From Blastocatellia bacterium (GTDB taxonomy: Bacteria; Acidobacteriota; Blastocatellia; UBA7656): DNA of 64,000 bases. Position 1 is the stretch's first letter; each line of letters begins with the position of its first letter. Positions 62,930 through 64,000 of the stretch are shown piece after piece. Under the pieces are notes generated by a model. It was not told the DNA's origin and ran no database searches. It saw nothing but the letters and a program-made list of their open reading frames with translations. Position numbers and translations under genes: made by a program. The stretch lies in the NCBI GenBank assembly GCA_963765495.1, contig CAVXWP010000009.1:512001-576000 (forward strand). The letters run 5' to 3'.

Positions 62930-64000
62930 TTATCGGGATATATCGGGATTCAGTAATCGGTCCAATTCGGTCAGATCGGGCCGCACGCGCAAGGGCGCTT
63001 CGACAGAGCGCCGCGCCGCGTCAATATCTTTCAAACCGTTGCCTGTAAGCATCAACAGCACGCGCTCATCAGAGGCAATATTCCCGCTCTCGCACATCTT
63101 CACAAACCCGGCGAAAGAGGCCGCCGCCGCAGGCTCGACAAAGACGCCCGTTGAGCGTGCAAGCATCCCTATGCTCGCAATTATTTCATCATCGCTGACC
63201 TTGACGCCCCCGCCGCCCGAGTCGCGCATCGCTCTGACGGCTCTGGTCGCATCGCGCGGCTTGCCTACGTTTATGCTGTCGGCCAGAGTCCGGGCCGATC
63301 CCTCGCGCACTATCAAATCACCCTCCACCGCGTCAACAAGCGCAGAAGCCTTCTCGGATTGCACGCCGATCAGTTGCGGCACGCGCTCGATAAAACCCAG
63401 CCGGTGAAAATCCGAAAAGCCCTTCCACATTCCGCCAATGATGCAGCCGTCGCCTACAGGCACAAAGATTTTGTCGGGCACATTCCACGCTGTCTGCTCG
63501 CAAATTTCGAGCGCGGCTGTTTTCTTGCCTTCCGCCATGAACGGGTTGTACCCCGTGCTGCGCTGATACCAGCCATACTTGCGCCCGGCTTCGATGCACA
63601 GATCAAAAGCGTCCTCATAGCTGCCTTCGACCAGCACAACCATCGAGCCGTAGATTTGCAACTGAGCTATCTTAGCCGCCGGAGCATAAGTAGGCACGAA
63701 GATAACAGACGGCGCTCGGACGCTAGCGCACATACCGGCAAGCGCGCTCCCTGCGTTGCCCGAAGAGGCCGTTGTGATGACGCTTGCGCCCGCTTCCTGA
63801 GCCTTGACAACGGCCAGGGCGCTCGGACGATCCTTAAACGAAGCCGTTGGATTTCGCCCGTCATCTTTGATCAATAGCTGTTTTACGTTATAGCGTTCCG
63901 ACAACGGCTTTGAGTCGTAAACCGGGGTCCATCCTACGGCAAGCGGCGGCACTCTTGATGACTCTTCGACGGGAAGCAGAGGGCGGTAACGCCAGATCGT
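62930..64000 (-). CDS. thrC: Threonine synthase-family PLP enzyme (5' end outside window)
   Basis: NPTASFKDR, SSGNAG, PVGDG and LTGNGLKD motifs; frame stays open to the window edge (IWRYRPLLP). Confidence 0.8.
   Translation of the reverse strand, partial: TIWRYRPLLPVEESSRVPPLAVGWTPVYDSKPLSERYNVKQLLIKDDGRNPTASFKDRPSALAVVKAQEAGASVITTASSGNAGSALAGMCASVRAPSVIFVPTYAPAAKIAQLQIYGSMVVLVEGSYEDAFDLCIEAGRKYGWYQRSTGYNPFMAEGKKTAALEICEQTAWNVPDKIFVPVGDGCIIGGMWKGFSDFHRLGFIERVPQLIGVQSEKASALVDAVEGDLIVREGSARTLADSINVGKPRDATRAVRAMRDSGGGGVKVSDDEIIASIGMLARSTGVFVEPAAAASFAGFVKMCESGNIASDERVLLMLTGNGLKDIDAARRSVEAPLRVRPDLTELDRLLNPDISR

Overview
Gene-dense 64-kb bacterial chromosome segment, most likely Acidobacteriota (Blastocatellia-like). 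This is inferred from the acidobacterial-type VWA and Hfq proteins, the pilins and the LPS genes, not from a database search. Housekeeping blocks: pdxA, hfq, gcvT-H-PA-PB, lpxD-fabZ-lpxA-lpxI, bamA-skp-skp, cystathionine beta-synthase, metK-ahcY, AmmeMemoRadiSam B/A, and a partial threonine-synthase-family gene. Three accessory systems stand out. (1) 3.2-15.0 kb: three type IV pilin genes (two with sigma54 promoters) bracket a UbiA/DprE1/DprE2-like polyprenyl-phospho-arabinose pathway, an AftB-like GT-C transferase and two TMTC-like TPR glycosyltransferases; this is a candidate pilin arabinosylation system. (2) 15.2-23.5 kb: a non-canonical nitrate-reductase operon (NarI-like membrane protein, cytoplasmic NasA/NapA-type Mo enzyme, ferredoxin, Tat-type Rieske protein, small membrane protein, NarK, hemerythrin), plus a Crp/Fnr regulator and Ric, with a shared TGAC-N4-GTCA operator. 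(3) Several families of intergenic palindromic elements built from short tandem units (mostly heptamers). They often supply the stop codon of the neighbouring gene, one family has a conserved internal motif, and one copy forms the N-terminus of LpxI. No CRISPR array, rRNA, tRNA or transposase was seen.
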